Source: the human T2T-CHM13v2.0 reference genome, Homo sapiens. From it: DNA of 64,000 bases. The notes under the pieces were generated by a model. The model did no database searches. It saw only the letters and a program-made list of their open reading frames with translations, and was not told the DNA's origin. Numbering within the stretch: the stretch's first letter is position 1; each line of letters begins with the position of its first letter. Location of the stretch: the NCBI RefSeq assembly GCF_009914755.1, contig NC_060926.1, one strand, 5' to 3'. Positions 1 through 12,119 of this stretch are shown here, piece by piece. A program made the translations under genes and the position numbers.

Positions 1-259
1 TTGAGAGATATACCTTATTCATGAATCAGAAAAAATATTCTAAAGATATCAAATCTGACCAAGTTGATCTATTGATTAATAAAATTATTTTCACCACCAC
101 ATTGACCACAAATCTCTGCCAAAACCTTTCCTTTTTGTTTAATTACAAAAGAAAAATGTTTGTTTTTTTTTAAAGTAGAAAATAAAATAAAAAGGAGAAA
201 TTTAAAATGTTCAGTTATTTCCACTCCCAGTGATTATTTTAAAGATTTTTTTCAATATA

Positions 260-334
260 TCAGGTTGGTACAAAAGTAATTGCAGTTTTTGCCATTAAAG
301 TAATGGCAAAACCTAATATTTTGCACCAGCCTAA
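260..334. mobile_element. MADE1 (Hsmar1-derived mariner MITE)
   Basis: TCAGGTTGGTACAAAAGTAATTGC...TTTTGCACCAGCCTAA forms the ~80-bp palindromic MADE1 pattern, with TA on both sides (258-259, 335-336). Confidence 0.9.
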
Positions 335-393
335 TATTATATGTGTCTCTGTATGTATGTGTTGTTCTTTTTTCTTTTTGTGGATATAGGCTC

Positions 394-1227
<834 letters not shown>

Positions 1228-2310
1228 GGCTCATCCTATACATATTTTTGATGATCTTCTTTAAAGAATGTTTTCTTAATTTCATAAATATTTAATATAA
1301 TTTCAAAATATTGTATTCTCAACGAGAAAACTCAACAAAGAAAGAGACAGACATAAAATCACTGACAATCCTCCCATGCAGAGGTAAATAAAGTTAACAT
1401 TTTAGAACCCTACAGTTTAGTCAGATTATACAGTATTTAGTTTGTTGAAGTGCATATTCACATGTGCAAAAATAGTTTTATTGAGTCTGTCTTAGCCCCA
1501 GACAGAGGCTATGGGAACTGGACTTTCACAAATATAGAGAGCCCTAATTTGAGCTTTTTATCAAATTATATAATTATGTAGATCATACGCTAAGCCTTTG
1601 TAGAATTATTATGTTTCATTATTATTTGGTTACAGTCCAGGCGAGGTGACTTCCAAGGTTACCCAGCTCTCTTAGAAATAATAAAAGAAGGCTCTATCTT
1701 GGCAGAAATTCAAATTTAGAAAGCTCTTCCTGATGTGTAATCTGACTCCTTTCTGATATTATTGAAGTCCAAATTTGGATGAGACTAGATATAATAATTT
1801 TCAATACATATCTCTGGGAAAGAGTGACTTTTTCCTCCACCTTAGAAATGAGTCTAAGAGGAGTACTTTTGTTTTTTGTGAAAAACTGGATGCGTGACAT
1901 TCTCCACAGTATTCGGTTATTGGCTTCATTGCTGTAACAAACAGAGCACCAATATTTAGAGTTTCAAACAAGCTAAACCTTACTTTCTCTCTTTTTAAAT
2001 TTTCCAGAGGTAGATGTCTCAATCTTTGTTGGGAAGTCTTCTCTAATATGTTCAACTAAATAATCAAAATATATCTTTTTTTAGGATTCATCACCTTAAA
2101 CATCATTTTTGTAATTATTTTATGTGCTCTGTATATTACTCATGAAATAATACATTATTTGTGTGCTACCATATTATTATTATTACTATTGCATAATTAA
2201 GGTATTTTCATGTTTTCTAACTGTAATTATTAGAATTCTGTAAATCTGCTACGGTGACATTTCTGGTTAGGAGTCAGAGTGGATGGGACACTGAGCAATA
2301 AGGTAAGTAT

Positions 2311-2838
2311 TAGCATGTGAGTAAGCCCTGGTTTGCCCAAGATAGTTGTCATTTAGGCTTCCTGTCCCAATGTAATCATAAGTAGCATTGTATTAATCCA
2401 TTCTTGCATTGCTATAAAGAAATACCTGAGACTGGGTAATTTATAAAGAAAAGAGGTTAATTGGCTCATGGTTCTGCAGGAGGTACAGGAAGCATCACAC
2501 TGGTATCTCCTTCTGGGGAGGCCTCTGGAAGCTTAAGGTCATGGCAGGAGGCAAAGCAGGAGCAAGGGAGCCAGAGAGTTGCTACACACTTTTGAACAAC
2601 CAGATCTCAAGAGAACTCACTATGGCGAGGACAGTACCATGAGGATGGTGCTAAACCATTCATGAGAAATCTGCCCCCATGATCCACTCACCTCCCACCA
2701 GGCCCCACCTGCAACACTGGGGTTTACATTTCAATATGAAATTTGGGTGGGGACATACATCCAAACTATATCAAGCATCTTTGTCATTCTCAGAAGTGTC
2801 CCTGTTTGGATGATAGGTTCCAATATCATGCTACCTAT
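2311..2838 (-). mobile_element. MER94-like hAT DNA transposon, split by an MST LTR
   Basis: ccctggtttgccc...tgtccc...taat on the left and ctcagaagtgtccctgtttggatgata on the right match the reverse complement of the MER94 consensus as recalled. Confidence 0.55.
2389..2773 (-). mobile_element. MSTA solo LTR (MaLR)
   Basis: TGTATT...ccaaactatatCA termini; perfect 5-bp TSD AGCAT at 2384-2388 and 2774-2778. Confidence 0.9.
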
Positions 2839-2969
2839 GGGGTAGGATGGGGGGACCTATGGGGTACTAATCTCACCTAATATGTACATAACACTTCACA
2901 GTTATCTCTTATAGTATTCAAGCTGAGAAAGGATGCAGATCTTAAAAACATGTGCTTTGGGTTATTTAG

Positions 2970-3148
2970 TTAGTATAGTGTATTGGGAGCTCAAGCTCTG
3001 GAATCAGAAAAAAACTGGGTCTGAATCAAAGTTCAAGAGATCTTGGCAAGTTCCTTTATTCTTTGAGCCTTAATGTGCTTATTTGTAGAAAGGGAAAACT
3101 AAGAGTACCTCTCTCAAAGTGGTAGTTTTGGGAATTAAATGAGATAAG
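2970..3148 (+). mobile_element. MIR SINE fragment
   Basis: gctctggaatcaga...ctgggtctgaatc...cttggcaagtt...tgagcct...attaaatgagata (MIR core). Confidence 0.65.
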
Positions 3149-3152
3149 CTAA

Positions 3153-3400
3153 TTTTTTAATTATTGACATATAATAATTGTACATATTTATGAGGTGCAG
3201 AGTGATATTTGATACATGTATAAAATGTGTAAGGATCACATTAGGATAATTAGGATATCCGTCACCTCATTTATCATTTATTTGTGTTATGAGCATTCAA
3301 AATCCTCCCTTCTATCTTTTTGAATATAGATAATACATTGTTACCTATATCCACCCCACAGCATAATAGAACACTAGAACTTATTGCTTCTATCTAGTAA
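3153..3400 (-). mobile_element. L1MA-type 3' UTR fragment
   Basis: ttgacatataataattgtacatatttatg...tgatatttgatacatgtata...agaacactagaacttatt is the antisense L1MA 3' end. Confidence 0.8.
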
Positions 3401-3420
3401 CTTTGGAGGTGACCTAGACT

Positions 3421-3884
3421 TCTATTAGTTTCCTAAAACTGCTTTAATAAAGTATCATAAACTGGGTGACTTAAAACAACTGAAATTTATTGTCTCACAG
3501 TTCTGAAGGCTAGGAGTCCCAAATCAAGGCAATAGCAGAGCCATGCTCCCTCTGAAGCCTACAAGGGAGAATCTTTCCTAGCTTCTTGTGGTTGGCTTGT
3601 AGATGCAACACTACAATCCTCCATCTTCACATGGCATTTTCCCTGTGTCTCTACACACTGTTCCCTCTGTGCATGTCTTGTCTGTGTCTGAGTTCAAATT
3701 ATCCCCTCCGTTTTTTTTTTTATTAGGATACCTATCATATTGGATTAGGGCCCACCCTAATGGCCTCACCTTAACTTGACTACACGTGCACCTACATCTA
3801 TTTCCATAGAAGGTCACATTCTAAGGTAGTAGGGGTTAGGACTTCATCATCTCTTTTCAGGGAGACACAATTTAATCCATAATA
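3421..3884 (-). mobile_element. MLT1B/MLT1C-like LTR (MaLR)
   Basis: aaatttattgtctcacagttctgaaggct...ttagggcccaccctaatg...ggggttaggacttca...cacaattta. Confidence 0.8.
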
Positions 3885-4139
3885 CTATTTTTAAAGTATT
3901 TAGTTATTTGCTTGGCCTGTAATAAGCTCTGATTAATGTTTTCTGCTGATATATCCAAAGAGAAAAATACTTCGTTAGGCCAAAATCATATAAGATAGAG
4001 GGAATTTTGGTGCAAGAGAAACTGCTATTTGGCTTTAGATATTTATTTTCTCTTCCTCCACCCTGAAAGAGACTCTGATTTTGGTCTTGACTGTGGCTAC
4101 CTGGAAAGAGAACTGAAATATACATCCTTACTTGTAACT

Positions 4140-4485
4140 GGTTGTGGTCATACAGCTAAGTTTGACCAAGAAGAAGATGCAGGTGAACTGTAAGTCCTTA
4201 ATGAGAAGGAAAATAATGCCTTACCTTTCTTTTGCTCCTTCTCACTGGCCAGAATGCAGAGACATGATGGCTGAAGCTGGAGCTTTTCCCTGAAGCAACC
4301 ACCTGTTGGAAACTTCATGTTGAAGATGACTGAATAATAAGACAGAGGGGTCTGGGTCCCTGGTGGATATTCCAGATCTGGGTGTTCGTGGAGATATGAG
4401 AAAGCAATAAACTTCAATTTTGCTTAAATAGCTGTTACTTGGGGCATTCTGTCATTTATGGACAAATCTGACCTGGATTAATACA
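4140..4485 (+). mobile_element. Old MaLR LTR (MLT1J/K-like) fragment
   Basis: catgatggctgaagctggagc...gggtccctg...gagaaagcaataaacttc...taataca. Confidence 0.55.
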
Positions 4486-5163
4486 CCTCCAGCTGGGTAC
4501 CAAGACTGATCTAATAGTCAAAAAGGTTTCATTCCATCTAGATATTTCTCTAGAACAGGACCTAAAGAAGTTCTTTGACTGAATTTCTTATGGAAGTAAT
4601 AGGAGAGTTCCTTGTGCTTCATTAAATGCTGTATTGGTAAATATATATGGTTTACCATTACATGCAAATATAATAAGCTATAAATCATTGGATTCTGATA
4701 TTTTTAGTTTAGTCTCACTAATGAACTGCTAAGAAATCTTGGATAACATATCTAGAATAATACTCTCTCTTTCCAATATGGTATGGATCCTTCTGTGTCC
4801 TGTGTTGTTGGTCTCATCCATATATCCTTAAGTGTCTGGTCAGCATGACTGTCAAAGGTTTACTTTGGGATCTACAGAGAATTCTTAGTCTTTGATCATT
4901 AACGTGAGGACTGGCCCACCAAAACTGAAGCTCTGACTGACTTGAGTGTACTCTCAGCACCTTTCACTTTGCTGCCTGTATTCTCTGCATATGTGATAGA
5001 AAATATAATTTTAAAGTCTGTGTGGAAAAAAGTATTTCTACTGGAAATCCAAACTGAAATTTGATCCTTCCTTTTTTCAGTTCATAATATTTTCTTTGTA
5101 AGATCATGTACCATTTCCTGGCTCCAGAAGCTGGAGGAGGTGACTGTTACAGCTTAGTCATTT

Positions 5164-5708
5164 TGTCAGAGGCGTTTGAACCAGAGTAACTCCATCTTGA
5201 ATAGGGGCTGGGCAAAATGAGGCTGAGACCTACTGGGCTGCATTCCCAGACAGTAAAGGCATTCTAAGTCACAGGATGAAATAGTAGGTCGGCACAAGAT
5301 ACAGATCATAAAGACCTCACTGATAAAATGGGTTGCAATAAAGAAGCCAGCTAAACCCCACCAAAACCAAGATGACCATGAGAGTGACCTCAGGTGGCCC
5401 TCACTGCTACACTCCCACCAGCGCTCTGACAGTTTACAAATGCCATGGCAACATTGGGAAGTTACCCTATATGGTCTAAAAAGGGGAGGCATTAATAATC
5501 CACACCTTGTTTAGCATATCATTAAGAAATAACCATAAAAATGGGCAACCAGCAGCCCTCTGGGCTGCTCTAAGGAGTAGCCATTCTTTATTCCTTTACT
5601 TTCTTAATAAACTTGCTTTCACTTTACTCTGTGGACTCACCCTGAATTCTTTCTTGCACAAGATCCAAGAACTCTTGGGGTCTGGATTGGTACCCCTTTT
5701 CTGTAACA
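5164..5708 (+). mobile_element. MER41A solo LTR (ERV1)
   Basis: TGTCAGAGGCGTTTGAACCAGAG start, GTAACA end, 545 bp; AATAAA near 5606; lacks the MER41B GAS-site segment. Confidence 0.9.
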
Positions 5709-7035
5709 TCTTCATGCCAGCTATAACGTGAATAACACAATGCAAGACAGTGGATAAGCAAACTGTGATTATCTTCAAATAATATCAGCTTTTATCACTC
5801 ACTAATGAATATGCCCAAAACACACCCAAAATGACAGGGTAGAAGAACCAAAATTGGGGGCTTGGTACCCTTTAGTATCTTTTAGTCAACGTGATCTATG
5901 AAGGTTACACTAGAATAAGTAAGAGCTCATTTACCGATTTTGATCTTTTTTCTTCTTTTGTTTTAATGAAGTTCCATTTGCATTATGTCATCCCTGTATC
6001 AGTTCAATTTGGCCTGGACAAAGGACATTGTATACCCTTAGGATGGGTTGGCCAGGAGGACCAGATTCTGGCAAGGTAGTACACTTGACAGAGACAACTA
6101 AAGAACATGCAACCTGGGGCACAGAGTGGAGTGGAACCTTGGCAGTAGAAGTATTAGGGACAACTGTGACTGTGCATCCTCTCCCAGCTACAGCAGTGCC
6201 TTCTTATATATGATGTTTGCTAGAAATACTCTTTGCCACAAAGAATGACAGTGGTGCTAAAATCAGGAAGTGGGAGCAAAGGGACCAAAAAGACTTTGTG
6301 GTTAGAGACAAGATTGCCCATAGTGTAGAAATGTGAGGCTGGCAAACTTTCCCCACATCTCTGAATCTGACTTAAGTCTTTTTCTTTCTGGTCATGGGTA
6401 ATTTTGTTTACTCCTAAAATACAATACTCGATCCTTTATTGCATGCCATAGCTAAGTATGGTTGTATCTGTGGGAATGGTAAGCTTATTGAGGGAAAGGA
6501 TCACGTTTGTGTTGCTATTGATGAAGTTTTTTTTTTCCCCGCTGAACGTAGCATAGTGATTCACACAGTCACTGCTGCTCATTAAAAATGTTCCAAATGG
6601 AAGAAACAATCCAAACAGGAATTAGCAATTAAAAAGCCTTGTTGTTAAGTGACAATAAGATTCATGTGGACAGCAATAAGGACCATCAGGAGAACATTTA
6701 AGTAATGAAATTATGATGTTCATTTGCCTCTAGGGCCTCTAAAAGACAGAAAAGCCTGGCTCATCTCCATTTACTAATGCAACCAGAATATTTTGAAAAA
6801 TACATTTTAGAAAAGAGTGATACAAAATTGTGATACATTTCTAACCATTTGACAAATTAACACTTTGTTTTTAAACCCAAATGTAGTGTAATATTATTGT
6901 TATTCATACAATAATTAAAGGATGTGTTAAAATTATTTATTTATAGTGCTTAAAATGGGGTGGTGTTATAATGGGTCATAAGTTTAAGATTAAGAGTGAC
7001 ATGTTTTAATTTTAGTGTATCTATGCTGCTGTAGG

Positions 7036-7776
7036 TGTAACTGCCCAGTGGGTTCTTCCTGCCTGCTACGCAAACAAAATCAATTCACAGAGACCATGGC
7101 ATTTCAGTAAAAGAAGAGTTTAATTGACATGAGGCCAGCCATTGCTATGTGGGAGATGGAGTTATTATTCAAATCAATCTCTCCAAGAATTTTATGGCTA
7201 GAGTTTTTCAAAGGTAGTTTTGGCGAAAAGGTGGGGGTGGCGAGGCAATAGGTGCTTGCTGCTGATTGGCTGGGGGTGCAATCACAGAGATGTGGAAATG
7301 GTCTTCCTGTGCACTGAGTTGCTTCTGGGTGGGGCCACAGAAGCTAGTTTTTGGTGGGTTTAGGTGGGGCCGTTGGTTATGAAACGTGCAAAAAAACCTG
7401 AAAAGATATCTCAAAAGGCCAATCATAGGTTCTGCAGTAGTGATGCTATTTGCTGGAGTAATTGGGGAAGTTGTATATTTTGTAATCTCCAGAATAATGG
7501 CTAGCAATCCTTTATGTCTGCACCTTAGCAGAATTCAGGCTCTTCTATCCTCTTAGCCTGGTGGTCTTTCCTTTGCTTTACAAAAGCAGTTGAGTTTATG
7601 GGAAGGACTATTATCACTTAAACTGTAAACTAAATGTTTCCCAAAGTTAGCTTCGCCCAAGTCCAGGAATAACTAAGGACAGCTTGAAGGGTTAAGGCAA
7701 AAGCTGGGTGGCTAGATCGGATCTCCCCCACTGCCAGTATTTTCTTACTGATACAATTTTTACAAAGGTGGTTTCA
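7036..7776 (-). mobile_element. LTR8-family solo LTR (ERV1)
   Basis: The reverse complement begins TGAAACCACCTTTGTAAAAATT and ends GGGCAGTTACA; flanks TAGG/TAGA form an imperfect 4-bp TSD. Confidence 0.8.
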
Positions 7777-8349
7777 TAGATATAACATCACTAATCTGAG
7801 GCTTTTCAAACATTGAAAGCTCAAGCCAAATGGCCCTTCTCAACTGCCTGTGACAGACCACTGTCTATCTTAGAAGTGTTTAGTAGAAATGTATTAAAAA
7901 GATGCTAAGGACACCCAAAAGACTAGCAATTGAAGTTATACATTATCCACTCACATTTCAAAAGGATTATCTACTCATCCTCTATAAGGAGGGGAAAGAA
8001 TGTGCTAGGTTTCACAAATCAGACCCAATGCTGAAATTGCCCCAGTAACATATCTGAAAGCTCACAGGCTGTGATTAGGAAAACAATGTAGGATCTATTG
8101 AATATGCCTACATTTCTCATTTTTGATCATTACTAGTTACCAATAAAGATTGTGTGTGTGGCATTCTATAGATTCTGAAAACAAGATATGTATGCTCTAT
8201 AGTTTGGAACCAATGTTCATTATAAGTTGACTAACTTGATTAGGTAGAATAAGAGATGTACCAAATGAGTGAAATAGATATATTTGTTGGAGCAATTTAG
8301 AGGAAGTAATGATCATAAGAGGGTGGGGTGGGTGGTCAGTGATATTTGA

Positions 8350-8910
8350 TGGAAGGCTGGAAACGTGAAATTTAGCCTAGCAAAAATGAAGTTTAACTTA
8401 CAAATATAACATCCTGACCTTGAATCTGAAAAACCAACTGTATAGGTGCAAGGTAAGAACATGTGTGTTATCTCCAACTCATTTCTAATACTGCTTTTAA
8501 TTAACAAGAAGTTTAAATAATGCAACAATTTAATGGGGCTGAGAAAAAAGTCTAACACAGTCAGGTAAAGTACTTGTAATAAATTACACAGAACAAGGAT
8601 GACAATAATCCAGGCCATCTGTGTTGGTCACACCACACATGGACTATTGTTTTCAGCTCTGGAAGCCACAATTTGAGGAAAGTTACAGATCAACTGGGAC
8701 ATTTACAATTGAGAGGGATCAGAATAATGAGAGGATACTGAGTCTCACAGTGCTTTAAGTAGCCAGAGAATAAAGACTCAGAGGTTGAAAGGCTCACTCA
8801 ATATAACCAATGGCTTTAAAACCTAATTACTTAGAGATGTCTTGGGATAAACTGAGTGGTAAATTATTACTAGAGATATTTAAACCTGAGCGTGACCACT
8901 GGGCAAGGAC
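8350..8910 (+). mobile_element. L3/CR1 LINE fragment (ancient)
   Basis: ggtcacaccacacatggactattgttttcagctctggaagccacaatttgaggaaag...aactggg matches the CR1 RT 3' segment. Confidence 0.55.
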
Positions 8911-9301
8911 ATTGTAGGGGATGACGAAGGATAGAAAGGATGCTAGGTGTTCTCCTTTGCTTGTGAGTAAACAAAAACCTACTTGAGCTTCTTTAGGAAT
9001 GGGGAAAGTGGTGATTAGAAAAATTTTTGTAATGAATCTAGGACTAGAAAATTTGTCAAGATTCCAAGTATCCCTAGATTTTTCTTTTCTCTGTCTGTCA
9101 TGGCCAGCGTGATCTTTTTCTCATGGAATCTTAGCTTTTATCTGTAGGGCTACTTCATTATTCTCTTGCAACTGACTGGTTAGTCACTGAGTTCTCTGGG
9201 GAAAATTCCAGAACAAGTGAGTCTGACAGGCTTAGCTACATACCTTTGCCTCCACTGAGCACAGCTTGTTGAACCACACCTCCTCCTAGGAGGCTGCCAG
9301 C

Positions 9302-9652
9302 TGTTAAAAGATAAACTTAAGCACATTAACATTTTAAAGAGTTTATTTGAGCAGACAGTGATTCATGAATTCACAGTGCCAAACCACAACCAGGTTGGGC
9401 TCCACTGAAGGGGAATAACGGAAAAAGTTTTATTAGGTGTTCTCGGAAGCAAGACAAAGAAAACATTTGATTGGCTAAAGTAGGCTTAAAGTCCCTAGTT
9501 AGAGGTTAGTTGGCAGTTTCTGATTGGTTAAGCTTAAGTTCATTTTCCTAGGCTATGACCATTCCCTCTGAGTTGGGTTTGAGTTCGCATGTAGGAACTC
9601 AGGGGACTAGAGCCACCTCAGTTTGATGGTTTCCCAATTAATTATTTTAACA
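9302..9652 (-). mobile_element. ERV1 solo LTR (MER93-like)
   Basis: TGTTAAAA...TTTTAACA inverted termini; flanks CAGC/CGGC (TSD with CpG decay); ATTGG boxes. Confidence 0.7.
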
Positions 9653-9886
9653 CGGCCTAGGGATGAGCTCTTCTTGGGCTAGTTACCAATCCCTTATCCA
9701 GTCAATGGGCCATTGTGCCAGCTACAGTGGCTTCCCTACAAAGCAGTAGGGAGTGAGAATGAAGAAAACAGCTTGAGCTAAAGGTGGGTTTGAGCAGTGG
9801 CCTGCAGTATGGTTCATACACATGGAAACACTAGATGGCATTAAAATTCCTCTACCACTTGTAATTCCTCTATTCCATGATGCTAG

Positions 9887-10634
9887 TGTTACCGGAGGGT
9901 CTTTGTATTTAGAACTCCCACGTTGGTGGCGGCTGCTCCCAAGATGGCGGCAAGCCTTTTGTTCTCTGACCTGGGGTTCTTGGCCTCATGGATTCCAAGG
10001 AATGGAACCTTGGGCCATGCGGTGAGTGTTATAGCTCTATTAGAAGCTGTGGGTCACGGAAGAGAACCGTGGAACCCAGCCACTAGTGTTCAGCTCGATT
10101 AGGATGAACCCAGGCACTTAGCCATGCAGGAACAATGGCAAGCCTCTAGCCCGATCGGGAGCAGCATTGGGTGCCTCTCTGGATCAGAAGTGCAGCAGAC
10201 ATCCTTCCAGATTCGGAGGAGTGGAAGTCAGCGGCAGGTCTGCGATAGTGGCGATCAGCAGTGGTGGACGGGGAGCATAAGCTCAGCTCGAGCTGGAACA
10301 AACACAGACCAGAAGAGTGTGCAGTTGCAAGATTTAATAGAGTGAAAACAGCTCCCATACAACGGGAGGGGACCAAAGGGGTTTCCCAATCCGGCTTGAA
10401 TGCCTGAGTTTATATCCTGATCATTGTCCCTCCCCCTGTGCATTTAGGTGATAGATGATTTGACTATTTCTTTTTTCACCGAATTGGTATTTTAGTGAGC
10501 TCTCTTTACTACCTAATGGGTCGGGTGTGAGCTGAGTTACAAGCCTCGTGTTTAAAGGTGGGTGTGGTCATCTTCCCCAGCTAGGCTTAGGAATTCTTAG
10601 TTGGCCTAGGAAATCCAGCTAGTCCTGTCTCTCA
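9887..10634 (-). mobile_element. LTR17 (HERV-W) complete solo LTR
   Basis: The reverse complement starts TGAGAGACAGGACTAGCTGGATTTCCTAGGCC and ends CCGGTAACA; perfect TSD CTAG at 9883-9886 and 10635-10638. Confidence 0.93.
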
Positions 10635-10683
10635 CTAGTAGGATTAGAATTCGACCTTATCATTAAAAATGAGATAAGGAGAG

Positions 10684-11045
10684 GGTATTAGTCCGATCTC
10701 ATGCTGCTAGGAAGAAATACCCAAGACTGGGTAATTTATAAAGAAAAGAGATTTAATTGACTCACAGTTCCACATGGCTGGGGAGGCCTCAGGAAACTTA
10801 CAATCATGGCGGAAGGGACCTCTTTACAGGGCGGCAGGAGAGAGATGTGCCAGCAGAGGAAATGCCAGACACTTATAAAACTATTAGATCTCGTAAGAAC
10901 TCACTCACTATCACAAGAACAGCATGGGGGAAACCACCCCAGGATTCAATCACTTCCCATCAGGTCCCTCCCATGACATGTGGGGATTATGAGGATTACA
11001 ATTCAAGATAAGATTTGGGTGGGGACAAAAAGCCTAACCATTTCA
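10684..11045 (-). mobile_element. THE1-family solo LTR (MaLR)
   Basis: gactgggtaatttataaagaaaagag...gactcacagttccacatggctggggaggcctca...tttgggtggggaca; flanks GAGAG/GGGAG. Confidence 0.88.
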
Positions 11046-12076
11046 GGGAGAATATGACAATTCCTGATATGGAGAATAAGAAACATGTATCACTGGGGTA
11101 AATAAAATAGTAAGGAGAAAGGAGTTTTTGGAATCAAATAAAGGTAGATTCTGATTAGTTTTATTATCATTTCTCATTACTTTTTAGTTTATAATATTGT
11201 CTTTTATTACATGCTTTCCTTCTGTTAACTTTGGGGGTACCACGGGCCTATTGCTAGACAAACAGTAGCAAAGGTGCACAATTTGCAAAGATGTAAAATA
11301 TATTTTTGAGATATGAAGCACTATGAATGTTTCATGAGTTAAAAATAATATGTCATAGTAAGTGGCTTCATTCTTATTAGCGGTTGATTTCTCTATATCA
11401 TCCATGTGAGAAAATGAAGTGAAAGCAAGAATGCAACAATGCATGTTTCCCCCTTGATTTCTTGGTATCTCTACCTTTTAAAAAAATTTTACAGAATACA
11501 TTTGTTTTTAATTTCAGTTCATCTTTCTTTTACCCCTTCCTTAGCTGTGTTCCTTTCTCAAAGTTCTTGCAATCTACTTCTTACTCACATGAGACCCTAA
11601 GGTATTTTCTAAAAAATGTCAGTATGAACAAAGTGACCACTTGCCATAGGAGCTCAGCCTGACTTTTAAAAGAAGTTTTAAAATAGCATGGGTAAGAATC
11701 ATATGAATCCATTTAGATTTGTTATAAATACTACTACCTTTTTCAACTCAATGTCCAAAAGGACCTTCATGCCCCTAAGGGCTAGAAAAGGAAAAACTCA
11801 GACAGCAGCCACATTCCCATGACCTTGCTTTGCAGGGGCCTGACCCAGATGTGGTGGGAAGCACAGGACAGCAAATCTCTTGCTGAATCTTTTTATGCAT
11901 GAGGTTGGCCTGGCCTTAAACGTCCCTACTACAATGACTTAAAAAATGGTGATTAAATAATGTAAAACATATTGCCAATAAAATGTAAATTATCTAAAGG
12001 AAAGAAGCTACAGACTGAAAGATTGGAAATGTTTAAAAGTAGCAAAATCCAAACCAAACCGTAAGAAGACAGTGTG

Positions 12077-12078
<2 letters not shown>

Positions 12079-12118
<40 letters not shown>
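12079..12118. repeat. (GT)20 microsatellite
   Basis: Uninterrupted GT dinucleotide run. Confidence 0.95.

Positions 12119-12119
<1 letters not shown>

Noticed and set aside
9822-10443. ORFs within the HERV-W LTR
   Set aside because: This is a solo LTR with no internal gag, pol or env (syncytin) sequence.
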